A stretch of DNA of 64,000 nucleotides. Origin: Octopus vulgaris. Its lineage: Eukaryota. The stretch covers positions 39,122,001-39,186,000 of the forward strand of contig OX597832.1 in NCBI GenBank assembly GCA_951406725.2. Direction: 5' to 3'. Shown piece by piece: positions 31,833-45,169 of the stretch. The translations under genes and the position numbers were made by a program. Below the pieces are notes generated by a model, which was not told the DNA's origin, did not search any database, and was given only the letters and a program-made list of their open reading frames with translations. Positions within the stretch are counted from its first letter, which is position 1, and every line of letters starts with the position of its first letter.

Positions 31833-32877
31833 ATATAAAACATGTCTGTATATTTATTTAGATATATATCTATATATAAGACTATCGATATATATATATA
31901 AATATATGTATATTTGCGTGTATATCTGTATAAACCGTGTAGTATGTACATTTTATCTATTCAGGCTTTTTTTTTGTTCATCTGGTTCTATTGTTGTCTA
32001 TCATTTCACCAAAGAACGGTCATCACTGTCTAATGCCGTTACGTCTTTGTTCTGGACATTTTTTTTTTGTTTTCGTTTTTTTTTGGTTCCGCCATATTCT
32101 CTCCTTTCCTGTCTCTCTTTCACGTAGACGCAGCGTAAATAGTTGTCTCTTATCTCAAACTAACACAAGTGAGATGCTTCAGAATCGTCAGAGAGAAGAA
32201 ATATAGAAAGGAACCATGATAATAATACCATGATTTTTATGTTCGTTTTTCTGTTTTTTACTTCAATTTTTTTTCTTTTTTTTTTTTCGTAAAGAATTGC
32301 TATTGTCTTTTCGATATTTGTAAACAATAGATCTTTGCTTTATTCCAAATTATTTTCGAGACAAAGGGAATTAAAAAAACGACGATAATGAATTGAATGT
32401 AGATAGTAAAACGAAACGACTTGGTTGACAGTTCAATACAAAATATCATCAGACTATCTATCAAATATTGTATTTAAAGGGATTCGTTCAGTGACCTGGA
32501 AAATAAGGTTACTTGGTCACTAAAAATAGGGGGTGGGTCTTTGATAACTCAAGTAGCAAGAGAAACTGTCATAGACAGCCTCAATGCGCTTGTTTCATCA
32601 GCTGGAAATAGCAGCTAAATCTCCCTCAAATCTCATTCTATGTAAAGTAATGAAAAATAATGCGATAAAAGAGAGGATTATCACGAATTGTATTATCAGT
32701 GGTATTCTCTACCAGAGTTGATCTGTGGCGAAATAATACCACCATTTCTAATAAAACCACCACTACCAAGAACAACACTAACACTACCAACAACAACAAC
32801 AACAACAACAACAAAACTAGGATCACAAACATTAACAACAAGACCACCGTACCACCGGTATCAACAACAATAACAAC

Positions 32878-33218
32878 CTATTTCTTTACTACCCACAAGA
32901 GGCTAAACACAAAGGGGACAAACAAGGACAGACAAACGGATTAAGTCGATTACATTGACCCCAGTGTGTAACTGGTGCTTGATTTAACGACCCCGAAAGG
33001 ATGAAAGGCAAAGTCGACCTCGGCGGAATTTGAACTCAGAACGTAGCGGCAGACGAAATACCTATTTCTTTACTACCCACAAGGGGTTAAACACAGATAG
33101 GACAAACAAGGACAGACAAACGGATTAAGTCGATTACATCGACCCCAGTGCGTAAGTGGTACTTAATTTAAAGACCCCGAAAGGATGAAAGGCAAAGTCG
33201 ACCTCGGCGGAATTTGAA
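32878..33218 (-). mobile_element. SINE family 1 headless tandem dimer
   Basis: Two units of about 183 bp joined at GACGAAATAC-CTATTTCTTTACT (33052-33073). Confidence 0.9.
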
Positions 33219-33544
33219 CAACAATAACAACCACCAACAGCAACGATACCAAGAGCAGCATGAATACTACTATTAACGTTACCACTACAACCACCAAGAA
33301 CGACAGCAAAAACATAAATATGAACACCAACACCAAAGCCAACAACACCACTACCCCCACCACCAACAAGAACGTCACTGACGCCGACAGCGCCACCAGC
33401 ATCAACGTCTTCGACTACAACGACGCAATTCCGTAAGTATTGAACTAAATGCAGCAAAGACACACATACACTGACTTCGAACTGCTGCTGCTGTTACTCA
33501 CAGCACTGAACTCATTGTCGTGTGGTGACTACATAGCATGATGT

Positions 33545-33647
<103 letters not shown>

Positions 33648-33672
33648 AATAATTATTATTATAATAATAATA

Positions 33673-34094
33673 TTTGAAATAGAAATCAGCAAAATGTGGA
33701 AGCTGAAGACTAAAACAATACGTGTTGTCATAGGTGCCCTGGGAATGATAGCGAAAGGGACTGATTGCTACCTAACTCAGATACCAGGAAACCCCAAAAT
33801 GGCAGAAATTCAAAAGATAGTGCTCATGGGAACTGCTCATATCCTACGCAAAATACTCTCTATGTAATCCCAAGGTTTAAAACAAACTTTTTTATTATTT
33901 TTTTTTAATTTTTATTTTTTATTTTATTTATTTATTTATTTATTTATTTATTTTATGTATTAGACAGTCACTAGTACAACACCAAAAAAAAAAACCCAAA
34001 TATATGGCACAGAACTTCCAACCGGTTGTCTCTTGAGGTCTCTGGGTGAGACTTGGAGCCAACTTGTACAGACATAAAGCAAAAGTCAAACATA

Positions 34095-34096
<2 letters not shown>
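33673..34096 (+). mobile_element. 5'-truncated R4/Dong-type (RLE) non-LTR retrotransposon 3' end within (TAA)n
   Basis: EIEISKMWKLKTKTIRVVIGALGMI...IQKIVLMGTAHILRKILSM* is the characteristic C-terminus of this clade. The 3' UTR runs into (TAA)n. A second 3' UTR piece lies at 56383-56476. Confidence 0.85.
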
Positions 34097-34147
<51 letters not shown>

Positions 34148-34311
34148 TCAATAATAATAATAACAACAATAACAACAACAATAATAATAACAACAACAAT
34201 AATAATAATAATAATAATGATGATGATGATAATGATAATAATTATAATAATAATAATAATAATAATATTAATAATAATAATAACAACAACAACAACAATA
34301 ATAATAATAAC

Positions 34312-34357
<46 letters not shown>

Positions 34358-34444
34358 GAAAATTCTAACTGGGCCCCACTTGCAAGGTTATGCGCTGTTT
34401 ATCTTGATATGAGATCACCATGGCGCGCAAAAAATGGTTGTGAA

Positions 34445-34883
34445 CTGAACTGAATCGTAACTAATCTGCACATCCTCTGATAACACACGGATGGTGATTC
34501 AACGATTTCCCCTCACAACTGCATGCACATCTGCGATGTTTTCCTCATTTCTGCTGGTTGCGAGTCTTCCAGAACCTTCGTCAATATCAGCAACTTTTCG
34601 GCCATCTTTCAAACGTGTGTGTCACACTACACTTGTCGGCGGCTCATATACTCCTCTCCATACACTTTCTGTAATTTTCCGTAGGCTTCTTAGCAGGTAT
34701 TGCCATGACAACTTTCTCTTTCATGGTCAATGTGACTATCACACGCTACACACCTTCCTTCCCAGCACAGCTGTAAACAACGAAAGCAAGCTAGAACGTT
34801 AAAACTGTACAAAGTGGCTTTACTCTCCGTGGTTTAGCATCGTTACTATGGCTACAGTCCGGATACTTATTGATCATACCTCG
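34445..34883 (-). mobile_element. Mariner transposon 5' fragment (TIR plus N-terminal HTH region, with stops)
   Basis: Minus-strand TIR-like CGAGGTATGATCAATAAGTATCCGGACTG. Translation: EAYGKLQKVYGEEYMSRRQV...RLKDGRKVADIDEGSGRLATSRNEENIADVHAVVRGNR*ITIRVLSEDVQISYDSV. Confidence 0.85.
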
Positions 34884-34918
34884 GTCTACAGAGATTATAT
34901 AGTATACTGGTCTCTAGA

Positions 34919-34955
<37 letters not shown>

Positions 34956-35105
34956 CATACATATGGGTACATGGCGTCACCAACATAAAATACGAGAACA
35001 AATGCGTTAAATACGAAAATAACGAGAGAAAAAAAGTGATACAAAGAATGACATTTCATCAGTTGTCGGCTATCTATCTACTCCCCATTTCGAGCAATCA
35101 TATAC

Positions 35106-35174
<69 letters not shown>

Positions 35175-35199
35175 AACGGGATGTTGCTGCTGACAACTA

Positions 35200-35490
35200 A
35201 GACAGTATCCAGAAGGCATACTATCACCTGTCTTTGATTTTTCTATTTCTCCTATAATGTGCCCTACTCATCGAAGCAAGGTGAGTTCGTGCCGTCTGCA
35301 TTCAAGCATTCTTGGCCCACTCTTTACTCCTTTTCTCCCTCCCCGCCGCATTTCATGTCCAAACTACTGAGTCGGCAACGCAGTAATCACTATTTCCAAT
35401 CCTTCATTCGTACAGCGCAGGCCCACTGGAACTCTTTCTTTGTTCATCTTCTTTTTTTTTCTCGCAGCTTTTGACCTTTAATAATTGGAG
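35200..35490 (+). mobile_element. Old CR1/L2/Jockey-group LINE ORF2 C-terminal remnant
   Basis: RSNHYFQSFIRTAQAHWNSF resembles the SF.PRT...WN.LP motif. Confidence 0.5.
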
Positions 35491-36125
35491 AATCAGAAAA
35501 TCGAATAGTTAGAAGACCGAATGTTCCAATACCAAAATATGAAAACTCCGAATTTTGAAAAATGTTAGAGAAAAATAAAAAGGAATACTCTCTAACTTGC
35601 AGATTCAGACACCCCATTATATAATTTAGTTTTTTTTTAAAAGTGTATTGGATCGATACAATATCGGAGATTTAAGCAAAATCTTATGTAAGTTTACTTG
35701 CTGAATATATTCACTGTTCTCTATCATCAAAAAATAATTCGCTGCTTTTCTTTCAGTAAAGGAATAAACATACGAAGTGAGCAAAAATCGAATTTTAATA
35801 GAATGAAATTTGTTTTAAGCTCTTGTCTATAACTTCTTACTCACGCTTTCGCTGTGGTCTGTGAAAACTGCGTCGTTTATGGTTCAATATGATTATATTT
35901 GTATTGAAAGATATGAAGGGAAGTATGACCCAAGGCAACAGGTCTGCAGAGTTTGCTTTAGTGCAATGTTCAATAACTATTGTATTTAGAAGTTTTCTGC
36001 TGTGATGTCATTTCGTGTATCTCCCCTTGAGTTTAAATATTTATAATACAATGGACATAAAAGAAAACGATGTTTCTTTTATTTTACTGTCGTTAACACT
36101 TTACAGCCTGTTAACATTATTTCTA

Positions 36126-36199
<74 letters not shown>

Positions 36200-36519
36200 G
36201 AGAGCAAAGACAGCGAGGGGAGAGAGAGAGACAGAGAAAATCACTCTTGACTTTCCGATGTTCTGCCAATGGTTGCCTTCCTCGGGTAATCAAATCTGTC
36301 TGACAAATTAGATCACATGGCAAACTTCGAAGCCACACTCAACATTTTTCTTCAATAAACCGAGTTAAAGAAAATAAGGGATCAAATGTTATATTTAATT
36401 GAAATTTGATCATCAAAGTACTTTCCCTGATTATCTATGACTTCCTTCCATCTATATATATATATACACATACATTGTATGTGTGTATATATATATACAC
36501 ATCAATGTATGTGTATATA

Positions 36520-36582
<63 letters not shown>

Positions 36583-36749
36583 AAATTTCGAACGACAAAA
36601 ATGAGTGCTCAACACCGCGTTGATGGATATAAATCCATTATTTGCGAATTAATGTTATCATTGCTTTCAATGATATCAATTTAAAACCAGTGGCCCAGCA
36701 TATAGACAAATCTGAAGATTCAGAAACGTTATATTAGATACATATAAGG

Positions 36750-37003
36750 GGGATGACCACTAAGTGGGCATCCATCATGCTAGAAGTCGACCCCCTCTCA
36801 TGGTCTTACCACTAAGAAAGGAATGTTCTCAAGAAAATTTAGCAAACGCCAGAACGTAAGCGAGTATATTTTGTATCTTTTTATTTGTTTTGCTCGCTTA
36901 CGTTCTGATGTTTGCTAAATTTTCTTGAGAACATTCCTTTCTTAGTGGTAAGACCATAGCGGATCTAGTTCTAGCACATGGATGTCCACGAAGTGGTCAT
37001 CCC
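36750..37003. repeat. Long inverted repeat (fold-back)
   Basis: Inner arms 36800-36864 and 36893-36957 (65 bp, 2 mismatches) with a 28-nt spacer. Outer arms about 36750-36786 and 36969-37003. Confidence 0.95.
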
Positions 37004-37040
37004 TCTGGTATGTATGTATATAATATACTACTTGATCGAC

Positions 37041-37083
37041 AGCTACAGACGCGTTTCGGGGTATTGCCCCTTTTCAATGTAGC
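37041..37083 (-). ncRNA. Minimal type I hammerhead ribozyme, U3-A8 core variant (antisense twin)
   Basis: Reverse complement: GCTACA-TTGAAAA-GGGG CAATA CCCC-GAAA-CGCG-TC-TGTAGC. Confidence 0.75.
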
Positions 37084-37344
37084 GTAGTCAGACCAGTAGG
37101 TGTCGCTTCCGACAATCTCTGTTCGAAGGTTTTATTTACCTAGTTTCAGTGGAATACATCCACTTGTTTTCAATAATAGAAATATTAAAATTACTAAGTC
37201 TCTCTAAAAGAGATCACGGCAGCGTTCCTGGAAAATAATAGTTATCGCCATATTAATATGGCATTCTTATAAAAATAAGAATAAAGCTGTCCGCTTATTA
37301 GCTTCGAACAGAGATTGTCGGAAGCGACACCTACTGGTCTGACT

Positions 37345-37388
37345 AGCTACATTGAAAAGGGGCAATACCCCGAAACGCGTCTGTAGCT
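37345..37388 (+). ncRNA. Minimal type I hammerhead ribozyme, U3-A8 core variant
   Basis: AGCTACA/TGTAGCT stem I (7 bp), core UUGAAAA, stem II GGGG/CCCC, GAAA, palindromic stem III ACGCGT, GUC cleavage triplet ending at 37381. Confidence 0.8.
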
Positions 37389-38284
37389 GTCGATCAAGTA
37401 GTGTGGAGCGACTGACCTCCCTTGTTCGAAGGTTATATGGATACAGTTTGTGTATCAAATAGCTAACTTAAGGCGATGGCCTCATGGAGCTAATAAGCGG
37501 ACAGCTTTATTCTTATTTTTATAAGAATGCCATATTAGTATGGCGATAACTATTATATATATATATATATATATATATACATACATACATACATACATAC
37601 ATATACATGCATTTTTTTATATAATTTTCATCTGTCTTGCCCGCTTAATTGTTCTGGTGTTCACTACATTCTTTGTAGTTTGATCGTTGGTGATCTATTT
37701 CTAGCATACGGCCGACTACCTAGCGGTCTTGCGCTTTGAATATACACATGTATTAGAATTTTCTCTGACTTTTCAGATTTTTGTATGCTAGGCTACTGGT
37801 TTTAAATTAATATTAATTTATCTCCCTCATTATTTAAATATATACATATAAATATAAACTTTGCTTGTCCAATACATCAAGCCAGATTCGAAACAGAAAT
37901 ACATAAGTATTAAAAACTAAGCAATTGAAGAGGTCCTTACCCACCGAGCCACCAACAAATTCGCCAAATTGCGTCATCTTTCTTTTTAGTAATCCTAAAT
38001 AAAGCGAACGTTAGAACTAATCAGAAATCGATATTCTGTTACAGTCTTAGTGATCTAGATATGGTAGTGCTTCCATGAAAGACTTCTTTGCATCTGCAAG
38101 AACTTTTAAGTTGTTTACAAACCACGAATAATGATTCGCAGAAACTTAAGTGGTAGGAATAGAAGATATATCTTAATATAATAAAAGTGTGTTGCAGTAA
38201 TTTATATAATATAATATTACGCAATAAAATGAAAGTAATGTAGGCAATTATATACGTATTTCATATATGATATATAGGATATGT

Positions 38285-38375
<91 letters not shown>

Positions 38376-38394
38376 AACACAGCTATATATCTAT

Positions 38395-38438
<44 letters not shown>

Positions 38439-38780
38439 ATATATTCATATTTGTGTGTATGTGTGTGTGTGAGTGGGTGTAATGTATTTGTGTATATATA
38501 ATAAATAACATTTACTAATAATTTTCGATTGAATTTTATATGTACATGTGTGTTTGTATATATATATACATATATTTACACACATTTATATACATACACA
38601 TATATATGTATATATATATATACATACATATATACATATAGTGTGTGAGAGATACAAATATATGTGTGTGCTTGGTTATGTATATATGTATATATAAGAT
38701 TTCTAAAAAACTTTTTCATATATAACTATTAAGACATAGCAACACTACAGCTTGATATTATAAATATAAATATACATATA

Positions 38781-38836
<56 letters not shown>

Positions 38837-39424
38837 GCTTATATACTAAGTTATATGCATGTATGCATGAATATTTACACAGTCCATGTATATATTATAT
38901 CATTATAGAATTAATACTTTTTTTATCAAGATCACTAAATCATATTTCTCGGCTGCCTTCCTTCACAATAACAACAACAACAACAACGGTATCAACAAAC
39001 ACTCAATAACTACACTGCATACAATGGTAGCTTAAAGAAAACATCAACGAACCCAAACATAAAATTTTTGATACAATTATAAACATCTTTATTTAATGAA
39101 CATCTTTTAATGTTCGAACGAGATTAAGTTATTCCGTTAAACTATAGATACGGAGAAATCATTTATCATGGAATATTCGCATTATTATTTAGGAATGTAA
39201 TTTTTGAATATTCGCATTCTAGTTATTAATAAAGATGTGTATGTTTGTATCGTAGACGATATCTTCTAATTCTTTTGGTGTGATGGAGTTTGATAAATTT
39301 ATTCAAATGTTGTTATATCATTTGTGAGGATGGGAATCACAAACGTGATTTGAACGTAAAAAGATTATACAATACATAAGTGCTCCTGAGCACTATACAC
39401 AATAATTTCTTCCAATTTCTTCCA

Positions 39425-39533
39425 TAGGCGCAGGGAGGCTGTGTGGTAAGTAACTTACTTACCAGCCACATGGTTCCAGGTTCAGTCCCGCTGCGTAACA
39501 CCTAGGGCAATTGTCTTCTAGTATAGCCTCGGG
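39425..39533 (+). mobile_element. SINE family 2 5' fragment
   Basis: GGCGCAGGGAGGCTGTGTGGTAAG...GTTCAGTCCC...TATAGCCTCGGG. Confidence 0.85.
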
Positions 39534-39569
39534 CTTAAACTGGTCAGCCACGTGCTGACCAGTTTAAGC

Positions 39570-40000
39570 AATCTTTTCGTGGAAGAAGTTTTATGTCCCT
39601 ATAACCTGTTTTAATTCTCTAACACTTTAAAATGGAAGATAAGAAAGTTCATTTTCGGCACTTGATGCTTTGGAACCAGACAAAAATTGCTGCAGCTCGG
39701 CCGGGATGTGTTACCCCACCCTCCATAGTCACCAGATATTGCTCCTTTGGATTTCCACTTATTCAGGTCTCTGCAGAATAATCTTAATGGTAAAAATTTC
39801 AATTCCTTGGATGACATAAAAAGATATCTTGATGAATTCTTTGCCATGAAACCACCTCAATTCTGGGAAGAGGGTATTTTCAAGTTAAAGGAAAGATGGA
39901 GACGCATTGTGCAACAAAATGGTTCATATTTGGATGATTAAAAATGCAATGGCACGTATTTATTGACCTTATCTTTCCTTTAACTTTCCGGACAACCCAA
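39570..40000 (+). mobile_element. Internally deleted mariner transposon (N-terminal start fused to C-terminus, 3' TIR)
   Basis: MEDKKVHFRHLML jumps to TRQKLLQLGRDVLPHPP*SPDIAPLDFHLFRSLQNNLNGK...GIFKLKERWRRIVQQNGSY (the YSPDLAP-like motif). Ends ACTTTCCGGACAACCCAA followed by TA. Confidence 0.9.
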
Positions 40001-40400
40001 TAGAATATGTAAATATTACTTTGTTAATCGTCCTCGGAAATATAAAATACAATGCTGCATTTAGTGCGAATTGAACCACAACATAATGTAAACGGTCGTT
40101 ACCAGACACTGATTTTTCTATCCTTCACATTATGGCATCCGTCGTCCTTGCAATTAATAACATCTTATTCTGTTAGTTCCATGTCATTTCAGATGATAGC
40201 AATATTTTTTTCCTTGTTTTATTTTATTTTCTCTTTCAAACTCTGGTGTCAAATTGATGAATTTTATTTTTGAAAACGTTAGTGAAGAAAAATTACTTCA
40301 AGATTTTCGTATTTGTAGCCAGTCTTCAGTATTTTATAATTAATTGAATTTCAATAAATTTGAAAATTTACGTTTTTTTCTTTCTGTTCTGCATCTATAC

Positions 40401-40449
<49 letters not shown>

Positions 40450-41650
40450 CTCATATACATTCACAGTGTGTGTGTGTGTGCGTGATTGTATGCATGATGA
40501 ATGACTGTGCATGCACATATATGACTTCTTATACAAATATATACATGCATACACACAGAGAAACCTTCTGTCTGACACGCTCACTCACGCACACAAATTC
40601 ACATGCACACACACACATGCATATATAAGTATGTATGTATGTATCTATATATATATTTTTTTTTTTTTTTTAATAAATATATATATATATATATAGACTT
40701 CAAAATATAATTTATTCATTCGGCGACATTAAAATTTAGATCTTTTAAAGTATGTTGATTAAAAAATTACAGAAAAATTAAATATAAAAAAAATATATAT
40801 GAACGAATAAATAAATAAATAAATAAAACTGACTATTCTATCGAGGACGATGAATGAGAAAATTCCGTTCGAATGTAATAGCAAAATTTTTTCTTTTTTT
40901 TTCTTTTTTGTTTTAATTATTTTTTATTTATAGACAAAGAAAACAGAAATATTTTAAGACGCAAAAATAGAGTAGTTTTAAAATTTTAAGAGATTGCGGT
41001 TCAGAAATTTTTATACTTTTCAAACTTATTATTTTCTAAATAATTTTAAAATAAATAAATACACACATACATTCTTTTCAGTCTCTGAACGGCGGTCATG
41101 CTGGAGCACTGCACTGAAAGGTTTTAGTCCAACAAATGATTCCCGGCGCTTATTTTTTTATTTTATTTTTCTTCAGTCTAGAACTTATTTTACCATTTCT
41201 TACGCCGAACCGCTAATTTACGGGGATGGAAATAAACTAACACCGGTTACCAATCGATGTGTGTCGGATGACAAATTTAGATATACATACACATAGACAT
41301 GTGTTTGTGTGTGTCTTTGCACTGCTTCCACGCACCTTCCTTTTATATATATATATATATATATATCATACATATTGTATTATATTAAATTTTGCTTGTT
41401 TCGGGCAGCATACTGCGACAATGCAAGATGTGGCACCTCGAAGAATTTTACTAGAAGGAATCGATCCCAGTGCTATTTGTTCTTAAGTATGAAGCTCATT
41501 CTCCTATCGGTTTCTTTTGCCGAACTGCTAATTCATGGGGATATAAACACAACAGCACCAGGTGTCAAGCTGTGCCGGGATGACAAACTGACAGAATAAC
41601 ACAAATACACAAATACACTCACACTCACACAAACACAAACACACATACAC

Positions 41651-41711
<61 letters not shown>

Positions 41712-42596
41712 GAGCTTTTTGCAGTTTCTACCTGCCAAATCCACTCACACGGCTGTAGCAGAAGACACTTGCCCAAAATGATACATAGTAAGGCTTAATC
41801 CAAAGCCTCGTGATTGGGAAACAATTTTCCTATCACACATCTACACCCGTGCCTATATATGTATATACATGTCTGTGTGTGTATGTGTGTATACACGCTT
41901 GTGTTGTGTGTACTGGTGTATGCATGTGTGTTATAATATCAAGCATTGTAAAACATGCTATCGTTGGTCACTGAGAGAACCTGTTCAAAGAAAGAGGCAG
42001 AGTGACTTTCAACTAACTGCTGGTTTGTGAAGAGAATGAAGGAGGCAGGAGAGACAAAAAGAAAGAAAGAAACGAATGAAGTGAAGAAGTGCCGAAGTAA
42101 TGAAGATAAGTATCAAGGAACGAAATAAGAGAAAGACAAAATTAAGAATGACGAAAGATAGAAATGAAGAATTATATTCACATTTTGTGTACATTTCGCT
42201 GTGTGATAAATCACGTGGAATATAAACATGTCTTCCACCAGATGGCATCAATGGCGGAACGTCATTCTTTGAAATATTTACGAGGAATTTAGAATTATGG
42301 AAGCAGAATGATGTATGGTCACGATAAGTCTTTGTTTTCAATACAAAGCAAACATTTCTCTGGTTAGTAACATGCATGGCTATTTGGTAAAGGTAAAGTC
42401 CATCAATTATAGATTCTTCAGTGGTAACAATAAACATGTGTAGATGTAGTGGAAGCCGCTTATAATGATCGCGCATAATGTTATCAGACGGTTATTGTCT
42501 ATTGTTACTAAACTTATTGTAATTCAGTGGTCATGTATTTAATGGTAGATGTACATATAAATACATACCTGTATATGTGTGTGTCTCTGTGAGTGT

Positions 42597-42648
<52 letters not shown>

Positions 42649-42664
42649 TTGTGTGTGTGTGTAC

Positions 42665-42985
42665 AAAAGAGTAAAGATCCCTTCGGTCTCGAATGAGCAT
42701 GGGATTGCACCTTGAAAGTTCCCCTCCAAGGCAGAAATCCGGGCAAGGTTGTTTGTGGAAGACCAGAAGTCGCATACCTGTCTCTCCTCTGCGTGCCATC
42801 GATGTTGTGCAATGCCGATACAGCTTGGCACCAGTGATGTTACGACTCATTTCTACAGTGTGAACTGGCGTAACGTGAAATAAAGTGTCTTGCTCAAGAA
42901 CACAACACTGCTCTCACCAGGAATCGAACTCACAACCTCATGATTCCAAACCAAATGCGCTAAACACTGGCCATGCACCTTCACA
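42665..42985 (-). mobile_element. tRNA-derived SINE family 4
   Basis: Minus strand: A-box-like TGGCCAGTGTTTAG, B box GTTCGATTCC, then GTGTTCTTGAGCAAGACACTT. Confidence 0.75.
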
Positions 42986-43753
42986 GACGCACATGCGTAT
43001 TCGAACTTACATACGCATGCATACATACAGAGACATAAATATATCCACACACACATGTGCGTGTGTGTATGTGTGTGTTAGTGTATGTGAATCTGTGCGT
43101 AAGCGAGTATACGCCCGTGAATATATGTGTATATATGTGTATATACATATGACTGTATGATTGTCTATAATCTGTGCGTGAGTATGTGCGCCTGTGTGTG
43201 TGTGTGTGTCTGTTTTTAAAAACTGGCCAAAATTTCTTCGACTTAATTTGCTACTTCAGATTACGCTCACAGAATCTCCAACACATTGAATATTCTTCCA
43301 TCACAGCCGTCCATCCATCATTAAGTCTGTTGATATCAATCCCTCTGTCTTTCACTATGAAATTTTTCAGTCATTTTAACAAGTATGAGATAATTCATGT
43401 CGTCTTCAACACTCCTGGAATACCAGCTATAAAAGAAGTCTTTCAAACGTCAGATGTTAATTAAAGAATCATTATAGAACTAGCAGATTAACAAATAGTT
43501 TCAATAAATCATGCTGCTCAATGTTTCATTAGCATTTACTAAAATCATCAATTAATTTTCCATTATGTTTTAGTTTTTGTGTTTGTTTTTGTTTTCTACA
43601 AAGAAAACAAATATTTAACGAGGAAGCGTGGAAAAGCCGCTATGTGGTCTTTCGATCTGGCTGAAATAACAGCCAAGTCTCCTACATATTAGATTGTATC
43701 ATATTTTTTTTAAAAAATGAAAGAAAGATCATAATAGATATTGTAGTCTTAGA

Positions 43754-44018
43754 TGTTGTGAGTGGACACCCCCAGACGATGAAGTAGGCTAGCCCAATAC
43801 GAAGATATAGAGGGAACAGTCTAGACGTTAAGGTCGGAGAGCAGTTGAGAACGGAAAGAGCAGTAGTAGAGCAGAGTAGAGTTGCGTAGTAGAGGCATCC
43901 GAACGTGCGACATAACAGATGTACTCCTAAAAGAAGGAGATGTCCACACAGGGACAGAATTGATCTTCTGTTGGTTCGATCATGGGTAGCCTGAGGTTAA
44001 ATAAATATACCCGTAACA
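43754..44018 (+). mobile_element. Probable solo LTR (265 bp)
   Basis: TGTTGTGAGT...ACCCGTAACA termini (inverted repeat differing only by transitions) and AATAAA about 13 nt before the 3' end. The TSD is imperfect (TTAGA/ATAGC). Confidence 0.6.
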
Positions 44019-44109
44019 ATAGCAACAGAGATTCTCTCTGGTCGCTCAACCCACCCGAATCAGCGAACCTCCCCCAATCAAACATTGCCGTTGTAAGGAA
44101 AAGCAAAGC

Positions 44110-44810
44110 GTAGATGTGTGGTAAGAAGATTGCTTCCCAGCCACATGGTTCTGGGTTCAGTCCCACTGCGTGGCACATTGAGCACATGTCTTCTACTATA
44201 TTCTCAGGCCATCCAAAACCTTGTGAGTAGATTTGGTAGACGGAAACAGAATGAAGCCTTCGTATATATATATGTGTGTGCGCGCGTACTCTCGTGTGTG
44301 TATGTGTGTGTATTTGTATAAATGTGTGTGCATATGTATTTCTTTACTACCCACAAGGGGCTAAACACAGAGGGGACAAACAAGAAGAGACAAACGGATT
44401 AAGTCGATTACATCGACCCCAGTGCGTAACTGGTACTTAATTTATCGACCCTGAAAGGATGAAAGGCAAAGTCGACCTCGGCGGGATTTGAACTCAGAAC
44501 GTAACGGCAGACGAAATACCACAAAGCATTTCGCCCGGTGTGCTAACGGTTCTGCCAGCTCGCCGCCTGTGTGTGCATATGTGTGTGTGTATCTTTGTGC
44601 ATTTGTTTCTCCCAATCACCGCTTGACAACGGGTGTTGGCGAGTTTACCCTCTCGTAACTTAGCGGTTCGGCAAGAGAACCGATAGAATACGTACTAGGA
44701 TTTACAAAAGAATAAGTACAAGAGACGATTCGTTCAACTAAAATTTTTCAAGGCGGTGCCCCCAACAAGGCTGCAATCTAATGACTGAAACAAGTAAAAG
44801 ATGAAATATA
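44110..44810 (+). mobile_element. SINE family 2 copy hosting a nested SINE family 1 insertion
   Basis: 5' half at 44110-44270 and 3' half at 44590-44805. Confidence 0.85.
44338..44567 (-). mobile_element. SINE family 1, full length, 15-bp TSD
   Basis: Head GGCGGCGAGCTGGCAGAA, B box GAGTTCAAATCC. TSD TGTGTGTGCATATGT at 44323-44337 and 44568-44582. Confidence 0.95.
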
Positions 44811-45169
44811 TAAACGACACGTTTATCCTTGATATACACTTCATATAAAAAAGAACCTGGTTCGTCATGCCTGGAACGCCGTTTGTCATAGCTCTGCTCG
44901 ATTACAGTTGGTCTGTGGCTAAACAACCACTGTTTTCTCATATAAAGGCACATATGTAAGTATACACACGCACGCTCACATAATCTTATTCGTGGTTACA
45001 CACATACAGAATCGCTCGCCCATACACACATATAAACTCACACACATCATCATATTCAAACATGTGCTTCCGCGCACACACTTTATCCAGGTTATTGTTA
45101 TCTCTCCTTCCATTCAACCACTTCCTTTCAGTCAATTCGACATATGAAACCATTAATACAGATACGTTG

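Noticed and set aside
35045-35100. Minus-strand GAAA...CTGATGA permuted hammerhead
   Set aside because: Stems I-III cannot be formed.
36712-36732. CTGAAGA-TTCA-GAAACGT hammerhead
   Set aside because: There is no stem II or stem I, and the homolog at about 37770 lacks the core.
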